DNA of 64,000 bases from Halocafeteria seosinensis. Its lineage: Eukaryota. The stretch covers positions 62,001-126,000 of the forward strand of contig LVLI01000148.1 in assembly GCA_001687465.1 (NCBI GenBank). The letters run 5' to 3'. Position numbers and translations under genes: made by a program. Below, piece after piece: positions 1-12,331 of the stretch; the first letter of the stretch is position 1; each line of letters opens with the position of its first letter. A model generated the notes under the pieces. The model was not told the DNA's origin. It searched no databases and saw only the letters and a program-made list of their open reading frames with translations.

Positions 1-1605
<1,605 letters not shown>

Positions 1606-1663
1606 TGATGCAAAATGGCTGATGAGCCAAATGTCAAGCAATTGTTACTATTTCTATAACATC

Positions 1664-4493
1664 TCAAAGGTCGTCAGCATTGAGAGTACTGACCACATCT
1701 TCTTTTTGTAAACTTTCCTTCCCAACTTTTCCCCCTTTGCGTTTCTTCCTTTTCTTCTTTTGAGACTTTTGCTTTTGCGGGGTATCTTCATCTGGAGCCA
1801 AAAGCTGCTCTTCAGTTTCTTCATCGTAGGTGGTGTCGGCTGCGCGCTTATTGCCCGCCAGGGAGGTTGTCGCAGGCTGTTCTGCTTCCGAGCCGTGTGA
1901 GAGCCGCAAACGCGATTCTCGCAATTTCTTATATTCATCACCGATGGTAGTACTAACACTTAGGTAATTCTCCGTAGATTGACCCTTAGAGGCATGTTGG
2001 AACGCAGCAATCTCGGAGACATTGCTCGGGGATAACTGACTCTCCGACCTTGCGTTAGCTACTCTTGTGGCATGTTTTACACTCCAATCGACAAGGTCAC
2101 GAGCACAGTGTCTCCAAGTATTAATCTTTGTCTTCTTTGCAAACGCCCTGAGTCCTAACTGAATGGGCAGCGCTAGTTCGGGAAAAGCAACAGAAGCAGA
2201 GTTTGCCTTGAGATGATCTCCCAACAACGATATCGCTTTTTCTACGACGAAATTCTGTATTACACGGCTGCTGACAGCCGCATCGGAAATCTTGAGGGTC
2301 ACATCAAATGATGGAGGCTTAGCGACGGAGCTCCCTGACGGTTTCCGTTGGAGCGGAGCGGATCGAAGCATATCCAACAAAGGTATAGCCACTGGAATGT
2401 ATACACCGGTGGCCCATTGTATCTGCGGCAAAGAGAGGATCAATATCAGCACGTGCCCATGAAACGATTTTACTCCCTTAGCATTGGCCTTACATCGTTC
2501 AGTGCTTTGATCAGGTGCAAACGCATGTACCAATACCGTGGAGTCGATGCAATTCTGAGAGAACCTAATATGATTTGCACCAAGGGATATGATAAAGTGA
2601 AGAGGGGGTGCTCAGGATCCTTCGCGTATGCGGTCATCATGGCGGCCCACAACTTGCAACAGTTGACAAACTGCCACGAGGCAACATTGCGGACAGCATT
2701 CTCCGTCTTAGCGACCAGAGCAGACCTAAGAGACAAAGCAAGTTGACTGTTGCGACAAAAGCATAAACTGAAATCATTATGGCACTAAGCAAAGCACAAG
2801 AGTGAATTGCGACATACCGAATATACACAAAGGCATGCTGATACGACGCTGCCTTATCCAAGCCAAATATTTCTACGACAGCGTTTCCCATTTGGGTGAG
2901 CCAAAACCGGTTTGATTCGTTCATGAACTTTGAGGTACGAACGTAACCCAGGTACATCCCCTGCAAATAATAACATTTAATTCAGAAAAACATTGGCATT
3001 CCGATAGGCAAAATCGCACGTCATACCTTTAAGCATGCATCTATGGTGGGATACGGTAGTTCTAGCGCACATTGTCGCAGTCTCAAGAACGCAACGTTCA
3101 TCACATTTTGGGCAACATTCGTTGACCACACAGTATTCGTCGTCTTTTTCTTTACTTTTCCCGTTGCTATACCGACTTCAACATCTTCATCTGATGCGTA
3201 TGCATGTGATTTACTCCAGAAATTCAGGAGAGATTTGACCAGTTCCCGGCTAAGCTTTGGAAACACACCAAAAAAAGGAATATAGTGTTTTAGCGTTCTA
3301 AGCAAGAACAGTAGCATTTGAGGGTTTTTTACTTCCGGAAGTAGCCTTCCAAGATTTACCAGAAAGCTCTGAATAAGAGGAGACACTCTTTTCCAATTCT
3401 TAGACTGGCGGAGCTGTTGCTCCGTGAAAAACCCAGTCCGGGCAAGATTCCCCTTTTTGTCATTCAGGTGATACACAAATGCCGCTCTAGCATTTGTCAA
3501 TACCGTCACGACCACCCTATTAAAGACTGTCGAGCTAAGAATTCTGTAGCGTGCAGACTCCTCCTCTTGTCCTTCAGAGACGGACGACTTACATGCAGCC
3601 CTAAACGCGTGCAGCACATCTTGCAACGCACGAAGCTTCAAATTCGAGAAAGCCTCCTTTAGTTTAGGCACTAGTAACGAAGAAGTTAACTCTGTTCCAC
3701 TTCTCTTATCCTTTTCCAAAGAAGAATCTTTCGTATCTTCATGGTGCTCGTCAGTTTCATCAATGTTTTGCTCCTGCACTTCTTCCTCATCTTCAGATTC
3801 GTCGTCTTCGTGTGGGCCTTGAACTTCTTCCTCATCGGAATCAGAGGCGGGCCATATATCCTCAGCCCCGTCCTCCTGTTTCTTCCCAGATGTTGTTCCC
3901 TTACGGCTCTTCTGTGGACGATCACCCTGCTCTTCCTCATCAGTATCAGCCTCATCCTCATCCTCGACATCATCATCGCTTTCGTTAAAATTTAGCAATT
4001 CTGAGTCCGTATTTTGCAAAAACTGGAAAAATTCAGGATCCTTATGTTGTAGCGACTCTAATTGGGAGCGATGTTTACTATGATGAGTTCCTGAACGGTG
4101 ATTTCCTGTTTCTGCTTCGTCTTCGGGTATTTGACCTCCGTTGTCCTCCTCCGAAGACTGTTCCTCTTCATTTTCCACCGTGTTGGCACCGGCCTGCTGC
4201 TGCTTCTTTTTAGGCCGACGTCTCCGTTTTTTCTTGGGTGTAGTGCTGCCATTATTATCCTCCATGACGGCATCTTGCTTCGCCTCAAGTTGCTGCTTAT
4301 TCTGTTTCTGCTTGCTGCCTTTCCCAGATGCCGCTGCTCCCGAGTGAGGAGACTTCTTCTTTGGAGTCTGCTGCTTGGCCCTCTGGGCCTCTGTAGTGCT
4401 TGAATCGGGAGCATCAGAAGCCTCATGATGCTGCTGCTGTGGCTGCGTCGCCGCAGCTATCATGGCTTTCTTTTTACCCTTGTTTTTCCCCAT
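1664..4493 (-). CDS. NOC2: Nucleolar complex protein 2 homolog (pre-60S); multi-exon
   Basis: Motifs HRSQLESLQHKDPEFFQFLQNTDSELLNF, AYQHAFVYIR (as SYQHAFVYIR), WQFVNCCKLW, YPLVQI and SVAFPELALPI are typical of Noc2. ORF pieces 3021-4493, 2637-2966, 2470-2736 and 1664-2533 are joined by short introns. Confidence 0.93.
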
Positions 4494-4744
4494 TTTTCAC
4501 TGGATTCACAAGGCCATTTCCCCTCAGAATATATAGAGCACACAATACAGAGTACGTTGGTACCGATCAAATCGAACGGAATGCCTTATACACCTTGTAT
4601 ACGCCTCCAAAAGGTGTTTGGTGTCACTTCAATGTTTTCCGAAGGAGGGACTCCGGGATAAGACTCTCTATTGTACGATGCTTTTCAGGGTTGATTAACG
4701 CCCATTTCTGATTAATTACGATAGTAGTTTGTACGCGCAAGACG
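4494..4744. promoter_or_regulatory. Putative bidirectional promoter between NOC2 and UTP4
   Basis: 251-bp gap between two divergent ATGs (4493 on -, 4745 on +). Inferred from geometry only. Confidence 0.55.
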
Positions 4745-7456
4745 ATGGTGGACAATGTGAAAATCCACCGATGTCGGTTCGTGGACATAGCGCCGCGTCC
4801 CATCGCGGCCATGTCCTTGAACCCTACACATACAGTCTTAGCTGTGGCCTATGATACAGGAGACATTGAGCTCTACCTCATCGAAGATGAGGCTAATATG
4901 ACGTGCTTCATGAGCATCCCCGGGCACAAAGATGAGACTTTGAGGACGCTCACGTGGATCGTGCAGCCTGTACGAACGGAGGAAGACAAAGACAGAAGAG
5001 TTACGGGGAATCATACGGAGGAAGGAAGCAAGCAAACGAAGACTCGTTTCCCATACAGTATCCGCGAGAGGCTCTTTGTCGGAGGTCTGAATGGCATGAT
5101 GTACGAGGTCAACTTTGAATCGGCCACGAAGTCGCCACCCGTGGATAGTTATGGAGGAGCGCTGTGGGATCTGCGCGCTTCGTCTCATTGTCAATTAGTA
5201 GCTGCAGCCTGCGATGACGGTATTGTTCGATTGTTTCGGCCCAAGGGGATATTTCCCGAAGACATGGATGATCCAGAATACGTGAAGACACTAACACCGT
5301 ATTCATCGACTGTAATACCAGCATCCGGGTTGTTGACGGAAAATCCAGTGGAAAAGGGGCTCGAGTTTGAACGAGGACTTACAGGAGCTGATGGACGAGC
5401 GCTTAGCGTTGCTTGGCATCCCACTCAAGAAGCCCTTTTCGCTGGTTCGTCATCAGGGAATATCGTAGGATGGGATTTAAGAAGAACTAGTCCGAACTTC
5501 GGGAGAGCAGTGATACGGATGCAGTTGGGGGCTGAAAGCAGCCTAAAGAGGGAACCGACGCAACAGAGTACCGCCATGATTTGGGGATTGCAGGTATTGG
5601 CAGATTTCTCGGTCATTTCTGGCGATAGTTTAGGACATGTTCAAGTATGGGATGGACGCAGTGGCTCTCTGAAACATACGTTCAGACATCATGATGGAGA
5701 CATTCTTAGTTTATCTATTGCCACGCCATTTCCGGAATACCCTATTTGCCTCATGGAGAATGAAAGTGACGAATCAAGATTACCATTTATCACAAATTGT
5801 AGATGGGTCGCCGCTGGAGTGGACGGCAAGGTGTCCGTCATGCATGCCCCTAGCATTACTGATAAAACTGAAGAGAAGCAATGCCAGGAAAACCTCAAAA
5901 TACCCACTCGTCTAGAGTGGGCTGTGGAAAGTTTCCATCGGGGTCATTCTCACGATATAAGGGCTAGTGCAGCAGGAGTTTGTCCAGCTGTTATTGCTTC
6001 CGCCAAGCAAGGGGAACCGTCTGCTCGTCTTGGGAAAAAGAGGAAGCGGCACTCTCGTAGTGAAGACCTTGCAACGGCAACTAAACTGCGGAGCACGGGA
6101 AGCTTATCCTCGCTGGTGATCACGGGAGGGGACGATTGTCAGCTTTGCGTCACAGATCTAGTGTCGATGAACAGAAACAGGAGACCGTATATGGTCCCGC
6201 CACTACCGCAATCAAGTCGTTTCTCGTTAGCTAGTACTGGTGACCAAAGGTTATTGCTAGTACGTCATGATACCTACGTTGAATTATGGCAGCTGAGCGA
6301 AGAGGAACAACTCCAGGCTTCAAGGTCAGTAAAGGTTTGCATAAATTCAGGAAGTAATATTTCTAGTGCTGATATATCCCCTGACGGGACGTTCCTTGGT
6401 CTCTTAAATTCTAATGGATTACGGCTTCTGCATTTGGATTGGCAAGACAGCAGAAGTGTTCAATTAGAAGCTGTAGCCATTGACTTCGAGGACGACGTAT
6501 TGACCAATCTTGCTGATGGGAATTCGAGGACTCGACTACTTACTGCCATCAAATTCCTTCCAGCTGGAGATGCGGAAACTTCCCCTTCTTTGTGTCTTAT
6601 TTCAAGCGATGGTATGTTTTTCGATTGTTACATGGACCATGAAGAACAGGAATGGCGCGTCCAACTGCGGGAGAAGTACTCCCTTCAACGACTCGATGAG
6701 TCCAGTCTTTCGCTAAGAGGGTTGCCTCTTCCTTCAGTGTTGGAATCCGGAAGTGACGACGCGGTTTCTGATCATTTATCGATTGTTCCCGTCGCTCGGT
6801 TTCCTCCATTGTTATCTTCTATTGTTGCTTCCGAGGATGGTAAAAAGATTTGTGTAAATGATATTTCTCATGCTATACACTTGCTTAGTAGAACGGAACG
6901 AGGAGAGCTTTCGCACACTAGCCTACCGAGAAAAGCACTGGCAGCACCTCTTTCCAAGACGTTTATTAAGGTGTACGGTGTCGAGATGCTCCTAGTTGCA
7001 CTTTCTTCATTCCGTGTCGTCGTGTATGATGCTACCTCTGGAGCAATCAGTGACTGGACGAACGAAAACTTTCATAGTTTGCCCAAGTATTTCCTCCAGA
7101 AACAAAGGAAGGGCCTTCAGCTCCACTCGAGCACTGTGTATTTCGGCGAAGACAAAAAACAGAAGGTTCTCACTTCTTGCCGGGAGTTTCTGTGTGCAAT
7201 CGACCTAACAGTCAAACCCAATTGTCCGTGGAATACCCACGAAACGACCAACGGCTCAACAAAACAGGCATCGAAAACTGTAAATGGGAAGAAGTACGAG
7301 AGCAAAAATTTCAGGATCAATGATTCTTTCTATGATGTGTGCTATTGTTCCAAGATTCCAGGTAGAGAAAACGAGGTCGTCGTGGTCGAATCAGATGGAA
7401 CAAAATTGATGCAACATCTACCTAGTGAACTCGCTCGGAGACAGTACGGAATGTGA
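4745..7456 (+). CDS. UTP4: WD40-repeat U3 snoRNA-associated protein 4 (UTP4/cirhin); single ORF of 903 aa
   Basis: N-terminal IHRCRFVD motif, WD repeats (SGDSLGHVQVWD, HDGDILSL, GHSHDIRA, GGDDCQL) and a C-terminal LPxxLxRxxYG motif, as in Utp4. Confidence 0.88.
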   Translation: MVDNVKIHRCRFVDIAPRPIAAMSLNPTHTVLAVAYDTGDIELYLIEDEANMTCFMSIPGHKDETLRTLTWIVQPVRTEEDKDRRVTGNHTEEGSKQTKTRFPYSIRERLFVGGLNGMMYEVNFESATKSPPVDSYGGALWDLRASSHCQLVAAACDDGIVRLFRPKGIFPEDMDDPEYVKTLTPYSSTVIPASGLLTENPVEKGLEFERGLTGADGRALSVAWHPTQEALFAGSSSGNIVGWDLRRTSPNFGRAVIRMQLGAESSLKREPTQQSTAMIWGLQVLADFSVISGDSLGHVQVWDGRSGSLKHTFRHHDGDILSLSIATPFPEYPICLMENESDESRLPFITNCRWVAAGVDGKVSVMHAPSITDKTEEKQCQENLKIPTRLEWAVESFHRGHSHDIRASAAGVCPAVIASAKQGEPSARLGKKRKRHSRSEDLATATKLRSTGSLSSLVITGGDDCQLCVTDLVSMNRNRRPYMVPPLPQSSRFSLASTGDQRLLLVRHDTYVELWQLSEEEQLQASRSVKVCINSGSNISSADISPDGTFLGLLNSNGLRLLHLDWQDSRSVQLEAVAIDFEDDVLTNLADGNSRTRLLTAIKFLPAGDAETSPSLCLISSDGMFFDCYMDHEEQEWRVQLREKYSLQRLDESSLSLRGLPLPSVLESGSDDAVSDHLSIVPVARFPPLLSSIVASEDGKKICVNDISHAIHLLSRTERGELSHTSLPRKALAAPLSKTFIKVYGVEMLLVALSSFRVVVYDATSGAISDWTNENFHSLPKYFLQKQRKGLQLHSSTVYFGEDKKQKVLTSCREFLCAIDLTVKPNCPWNTHETTNGSTKQASKTVNGKKYESKNFRINDSFYDVCYCSKIPGRENEVVVVESDGTKLMQHLPSELARRQYGM

Positions 7457-7484
7457 TCTGAGCGACACAACGCACGATCGAGCA

Positions 7485-8770
7485 TCACTGTCGACGAACT
7501 CCTCGTTGCAAAATACGAGAACCAGAAGATTGCCCCTCATTGTCAGGGTCTATCCTTAATGGACCGCTGAAGAGCATATCGAATAGAATCGGGATTCTAT
7601 CGGGAGGAAAAGGGAATTGGTAGAAAAAATGTCCAACTTCGATTCCCCCCACATCAATTCCAACAGAGGTAAACACGTGTCTTCGCTCTTGAGACCGCTC
7701 TTCTACAGGTATATGGGTAACTCTACGTCTCTTCCCTACAGTTTCCTTCTTCACTGAAGAAAACGATTCCTGCGTTGCAAACATACGATGCTGTTCAACT
7801 GCGAGCAGCGTGCAATCACGTTGAGGACATCACTTACCCTGCAAATTGGACATTTTGTACATGTCTCAGCCCAATGTAGGATGCACGCACTACAAAACAC
7901 GTGAGAACATCCATTCGGCATCCCCTTGGCAGTGATAATCGTATCATAGCTGTGAATACGAAAGATTGATTGATAACTACAATGTACATGCTCTGAAGTG
8001 CAAACCCGTAGCAAAAATATCTTACCACACGGGGCAGTCTCCAGCCTCCACACCTTTAGCCTGTTTATTTCCATCAGCTCGTGTGGTTCTTGAAGACGCT
8101 GCTGCCGATGAACTGGCACTGGCACTGGCACTGGCCTTGCGTTCTGCCACTATTTCAACTTCGTCCTCATCGGTGGGACTGTCACCCGAGATTATGACAA
8201 CATCATCTCCATGATTTCCATCACTAGAAGCATTGCGTCGGCGCTTGCCGGTGACAGACGAGCTTGCGGACGCGGTGGCAGATGAACGCTGTCGCGAAGC
8301 CGAAGACCGAGTAACCGGAGGATTTCTTCTGGTGCGTACCGGTCGGTCTCGAGCCGATGGGGCACGAGAAGAGGCACCGGGGGACAATGATCGAAGAGAC
8401 AAGTCAGCGGAGTCGGATGCTAGCCTAGCAGAAGACGACTCATTTGGTGAAGCATTGCGTGAAGCAGAACGTGCCCGCATTCCTGCTCGAGTTGGCGAAC
8501 ACGTGCATACAGAGGCAACAGGAGGACCCATCGGCTCACCCCGCAAGCCTCCAAACGATGCTTCACCAACACCAGCAGTCGTTTCAACTGACGGCGGTTC
8601 CGAGGGACGCCGGCTGGAAGAGGTCTGGAAACCAGTCAAACACACCGTAATTCTCTTCACAATAACATAAAGCCCTACTTCAGGGTGCTTACCTCTCGCC
8701 TCACAGACCTAACAAAACAGAATTCTGCTGCCTCTTCCGGCGATTCATTGCCATTTGGTACACGATCCAT
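7485..8770 (-). CDS. RING-finger protein with a low-complexity Ser/Arg-rich N-terminus; multi-exon, start uncertain
   Basis: The C3HC4 pattern DCPVC...CSHVFCSACILHWAETCTKCPICR is split over exons (ORFs 8022-8660, 7751-8131, 7485-7784). Candidate ATG at 8770. Confidence 0.75.
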
Positions 8771-10442
8771 CTGGACGCCGTACGAAAGTTAGGTGGCTAG
8801 TTTGTTTCCCTTTATAGGGTATCTTCCAAAGGTTTCCTGTAGCAACATATCAAATATACGCTATCATTATAAGAGACAAAAATTCGTTATAACCACGCTT
8901 CAACTTGGGAGCTTCGGTGCAGATTCGGACCCTTCATAGGAGACGAAGCAAGCATACAGGGTATGCACCACCTCTCCTATTCGATCTTTACACTGTATGA
9001 ATGCATGGACTGACTTACGGTACTGTTATAAGCGTATGCCACGCCAAAGGGAATACAGCAGACGGGGAAAACGGGTTTACCACTGTTCTTTCAAGTGATA
9101 TTCAGTGTATGCACACCCTGATTCTTCAGTGTGTACAACACAACACAGATATGAGGATGTGCACAAGGAGGTTTTGATGATTATACTGTCGATTGTCCAT
9201 GCAAACAACCCGTAGAGAGCAAAACATGGCTGGTATCCTAGATTCAAACGGGCACTGCACCGGTCCGCCGGGCCCTCTCCAGGCTGCAGCCCGGGTTAAC
9301 ACTTGGTTCAATGCCATGCATGAATCAATGGTGCAAGTTGCAACCAATCCCGGGACCCGTGCGCGACCAAAGGGAGGGAATGACCTGGTAGAAGATTGTG
9401 CATAAAATGCAATGCGAAAACACCACGCAGTTGTGTATACGTGGGTGGTACAGTTGCATAGTGCAACTTGCGTTGGGATTCCACCCACTGGAGGATGGGA
9501 AACGTGAGCCCACCATTGCCCGACGGCAAGGTCTTCACTGCTCTCCTCACCAAACTTTCCATTGTATGGTATACGTTTCCCATCCCAAACGCTCGGAGCT
9601 CCCGGATTCATCCCATTCGCCATTCTCTTGCGCTTGTGTACCAGTAGCTTCCTACTGGTATCATCTGCTTACAACGGTCATTTCCTCCCGGGATTCCTTC
9701 GTCGGTTAACACACGTAAAAGCGGGAGGTACAAAGAGGATGTTCGTGTTCGTATGTCCTCTAACTTAGTGGAGCATGACGGAAAGTCAACAGGCACCTTC
9801 TTTCTGTCAAATCTTTTCACTCTTTGCAATACCATTATATTATAACCGACCTCAGCTTCGCCAAAGCGTGCCTGGTGGAACATAAGCAATACGTGCTCAT
9901 CCGCTTTCTTTGGAAGCGCTGACTTTTGCATTACCAGGCGTTGGAAAAAAAAAAAAAAAAGAAGAAGAAGTTAAATCTTCTGGTTCTTCAACAACACAGC
10001 GGTCAATTAGTCCACCAACCTTGCCAGCACCTACGCGTCGGTCACAGAGACCATGGTCTAACGTAGAAGGCTTTGAAAGAACTTCTGGCACTCCTGACGA
10101 ATTCTCCAAACTTTGTAACCTACGTTGCCATTACGTACACGCAGCAGTGGGTCGGCGCCGCGAACACAGTTCGTTGTTTGTAATCCCTACAACGACATTT
10201 CCACATCAAAACCGCACCGAACTCTATACATCCGGATGGGGGAACCAGTACCACTTCCAAACTACAGTCAAACACTGTCTTCAGTGCAGCTTCCTACACC
10301 CCGAAGATCAGCAAACCTCCCCGTTGAAGTTGGGCACCTGCCAGAGGTGAAGGAAAGATTGACAGCTGCAGCGGCGATTTGTGTTTCATCTGCCTTCCAC
10401 CTTCATTAGTGTTGTGTTTTGTTCCCGATCTTTGAGGTAAGT

Positions 10443-10692
10443 TCACTCTTCTCATTATCCTGTTTATGCATCGTTAGGCTCTATCCTGGCGGTGAATTCT
10501 GTGTTTACCCGATAGAGCCCCGTATATGGGAGAGAGAGTTGGCCACTCTGGTGTCTGTGGCACTTGGGCGGGCTCGGGCGTTCGCTTCCCCCTCTGGCTC
10601 CCCCTAGGCTGGGAACCCCAAGCCTTTTTGTGGTTTCACGGGGGAGAGGCTATGCCGACACTTTGCTGTCTATTACGGTGCTAATGGAGTGA
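10443..10692 (+). ncRNA. Candidate structured RNA element of unknown class
   Basis: Nested helices: 10443-48/10687-92, 10453-57/10682-86, 10468-74/10675-81, 10477-85/10511-19, 10535-39/10545-49, 10551-55/10657-61, 10559-62/10653-56, 10566-73/10580-87, 10598-604/10640-46 and 10606-10/10621-25. G-U pairs favour the + strand. Confidence 0.45.
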
Positions 10693-10974
10693 TATTTTCG
10701 TCATTTGCTTCGCGTGGGATACAAATTTGGAAGGAAATTTATCTATGCACCAAGCATATGCACTTCGGCACCGTGTTCTGCTTGTATAAGACGGCTCTGT
10801 GCTGGGTGACTTCCGTAGGGTCGATGAGGAGCTGCTTTGTTGGCTTCATTTGTTGTATTTCCATTCAAATTCACGTTGATTATCAAGTTGCATAACTTGT
10901 CACTGCCTCTATTGATACAGAGAATCGAGCGGGAAGGCGTTGTTTCATTTTTGGCAGAGGAAACAAAAGCAAAG

Positions 10975-11784
10975 ATGTGTAAGTAGTGTTTGTGGCGTCT
11001 GTAGATGATGACTGTATAAGCTATTCTTCTGCTGCTCCAAACAGCTATTTGTCGTGCATCGAGATATAAACGCCGTCCCACTGGGGGACGCCGTCCCATC
11101 CATAAGAAGAAGCGCAAATTTGAGTGTGGTAGACCCGCTGCCATGACCAAACTTGGCAACAAGCGAATCCATCTTGTGCGTGCTCGTGGAGGAAACTACA
11201 AGCACCGCGCTCTTCGCTTGGATACTGGTAACTTTAGCTGGGGATCGGAAGGTAAGTTTTATTACGCGAACGTTGCTGTAGTTTTGTGCCATTATGACCG
11301 TCTACGCAGCCTGCACAAAGAAGACGCGTATCTTAGATGTTGTGTACAATGCTTCGAACAACGAGCTTGTCAGAACCAAGACTTTGGTCAAAAATGCCAT
11401 CGTACTGATTGACTCCGCCCCGTTCAGGCAATGGTACGAAAACCACTACCACGTAAACATTGCGAAGAAAGGACAAACTGCTCCTGCGAAGAAGGACATT
11501 TCTACTATGCACCCTGAAACCCAAAAGAAAATAGAATCTCGTCGCCGCCAAATTGAATTGGACCCCAGGATCAACGAGGTAAGCTATTTCTTCATGATAT
11601 GTTGTGCCTCCGTTGTAAACATCATAGATTTCTTCTACAGATGTTTGCTGCTGGTCGTGTGTTGGCCGCTATTAGCAGCCGCCCTGGTCAATGCGGACGT
11701 GCTGATGGTTACATTTTGGAAGGAAAGGAACTCGAATTTTACCAGAAGCAGTTGCAGAAGAAGAAGTCTGGCAAGAACAAGTAA
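10975..11784 (+). CDS. RPS8: 40S ribosomal protein S8 (eS8); exons 10975-10978, 11045-11251, 11310-11578, 11641-11784
   Basis: Spliced product [18 protein letters not shown]...[17 protein letters not shown]...[24 protein letters not shown]...[17 protein letters not shown]...[22 protein letters not shown]. All three GT-AG junctions are frame-consistent. Confidence 0.98.
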
Positions 11785-12331
11785 TTCTAAAGTTTATGTG
11801 TAGGCACGCGAACATCCTACTGTGTAGTTTGGTTACTTTATGAGGCTGCATCATAGCGGCTGTAGTATCCAATCTCTCTCAAGATCGGGACACACTCCTT
11901 TAATTCAAAGCAATTTTAAAACTGAATGAACACACACGTTAGCTATGTTCTCTGTATAGTCACTTTTGAGCTGTCACGGACTGACTCCAAACTAGTCCCC
12001 TGAGATGCGCTTTATTGCGTACTCGAGCGATTCCTCCGACTGGATCCTGAACTACGCCGTTCCCTGTGCGGTTGATCTGTTCTCGAATCCTTCTTGATGG
12101 ACACAGCCTGGCTGCCTGAGTGCCAAGTGAATGAAAAATACTTCAACTTCAGCGACGAGGGCGTTGTGAAACTTCAAATGTTTGAGCGACGAGGTCTTCC
12201 TTTCACTGCCGTTTTGTGTCCTTCTACCGACTTGAATTGGCATTTTTATAAGGTAACAGGGAAGAGAGTGTTTTCTTTGGTAGTTTGCATTATTTGCTTG
12301 GGCTCGTTAGGTCGTTATAGTAGCATACGAA

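Noticed and set aside
10443..10692. Structured element as RNase P/MRP, SRP RNA, a U snRNA, U3 or a TPP riboswitch
   Set aside because: The diagnostic motifs were not found on either strand (P4 CR-I/CR-V, SRP helix 8, U1/U2/U5 signatures, box C/D, TPP core), so it is left unclassified.
9308..12253. TGA recoding (Trp/Sec) to explain the TGA-interrupted frames
   Set aside because: Bona fide genes here (UTP4, the first PP2C) end in TGA, and conserved Trp positions use TGG.
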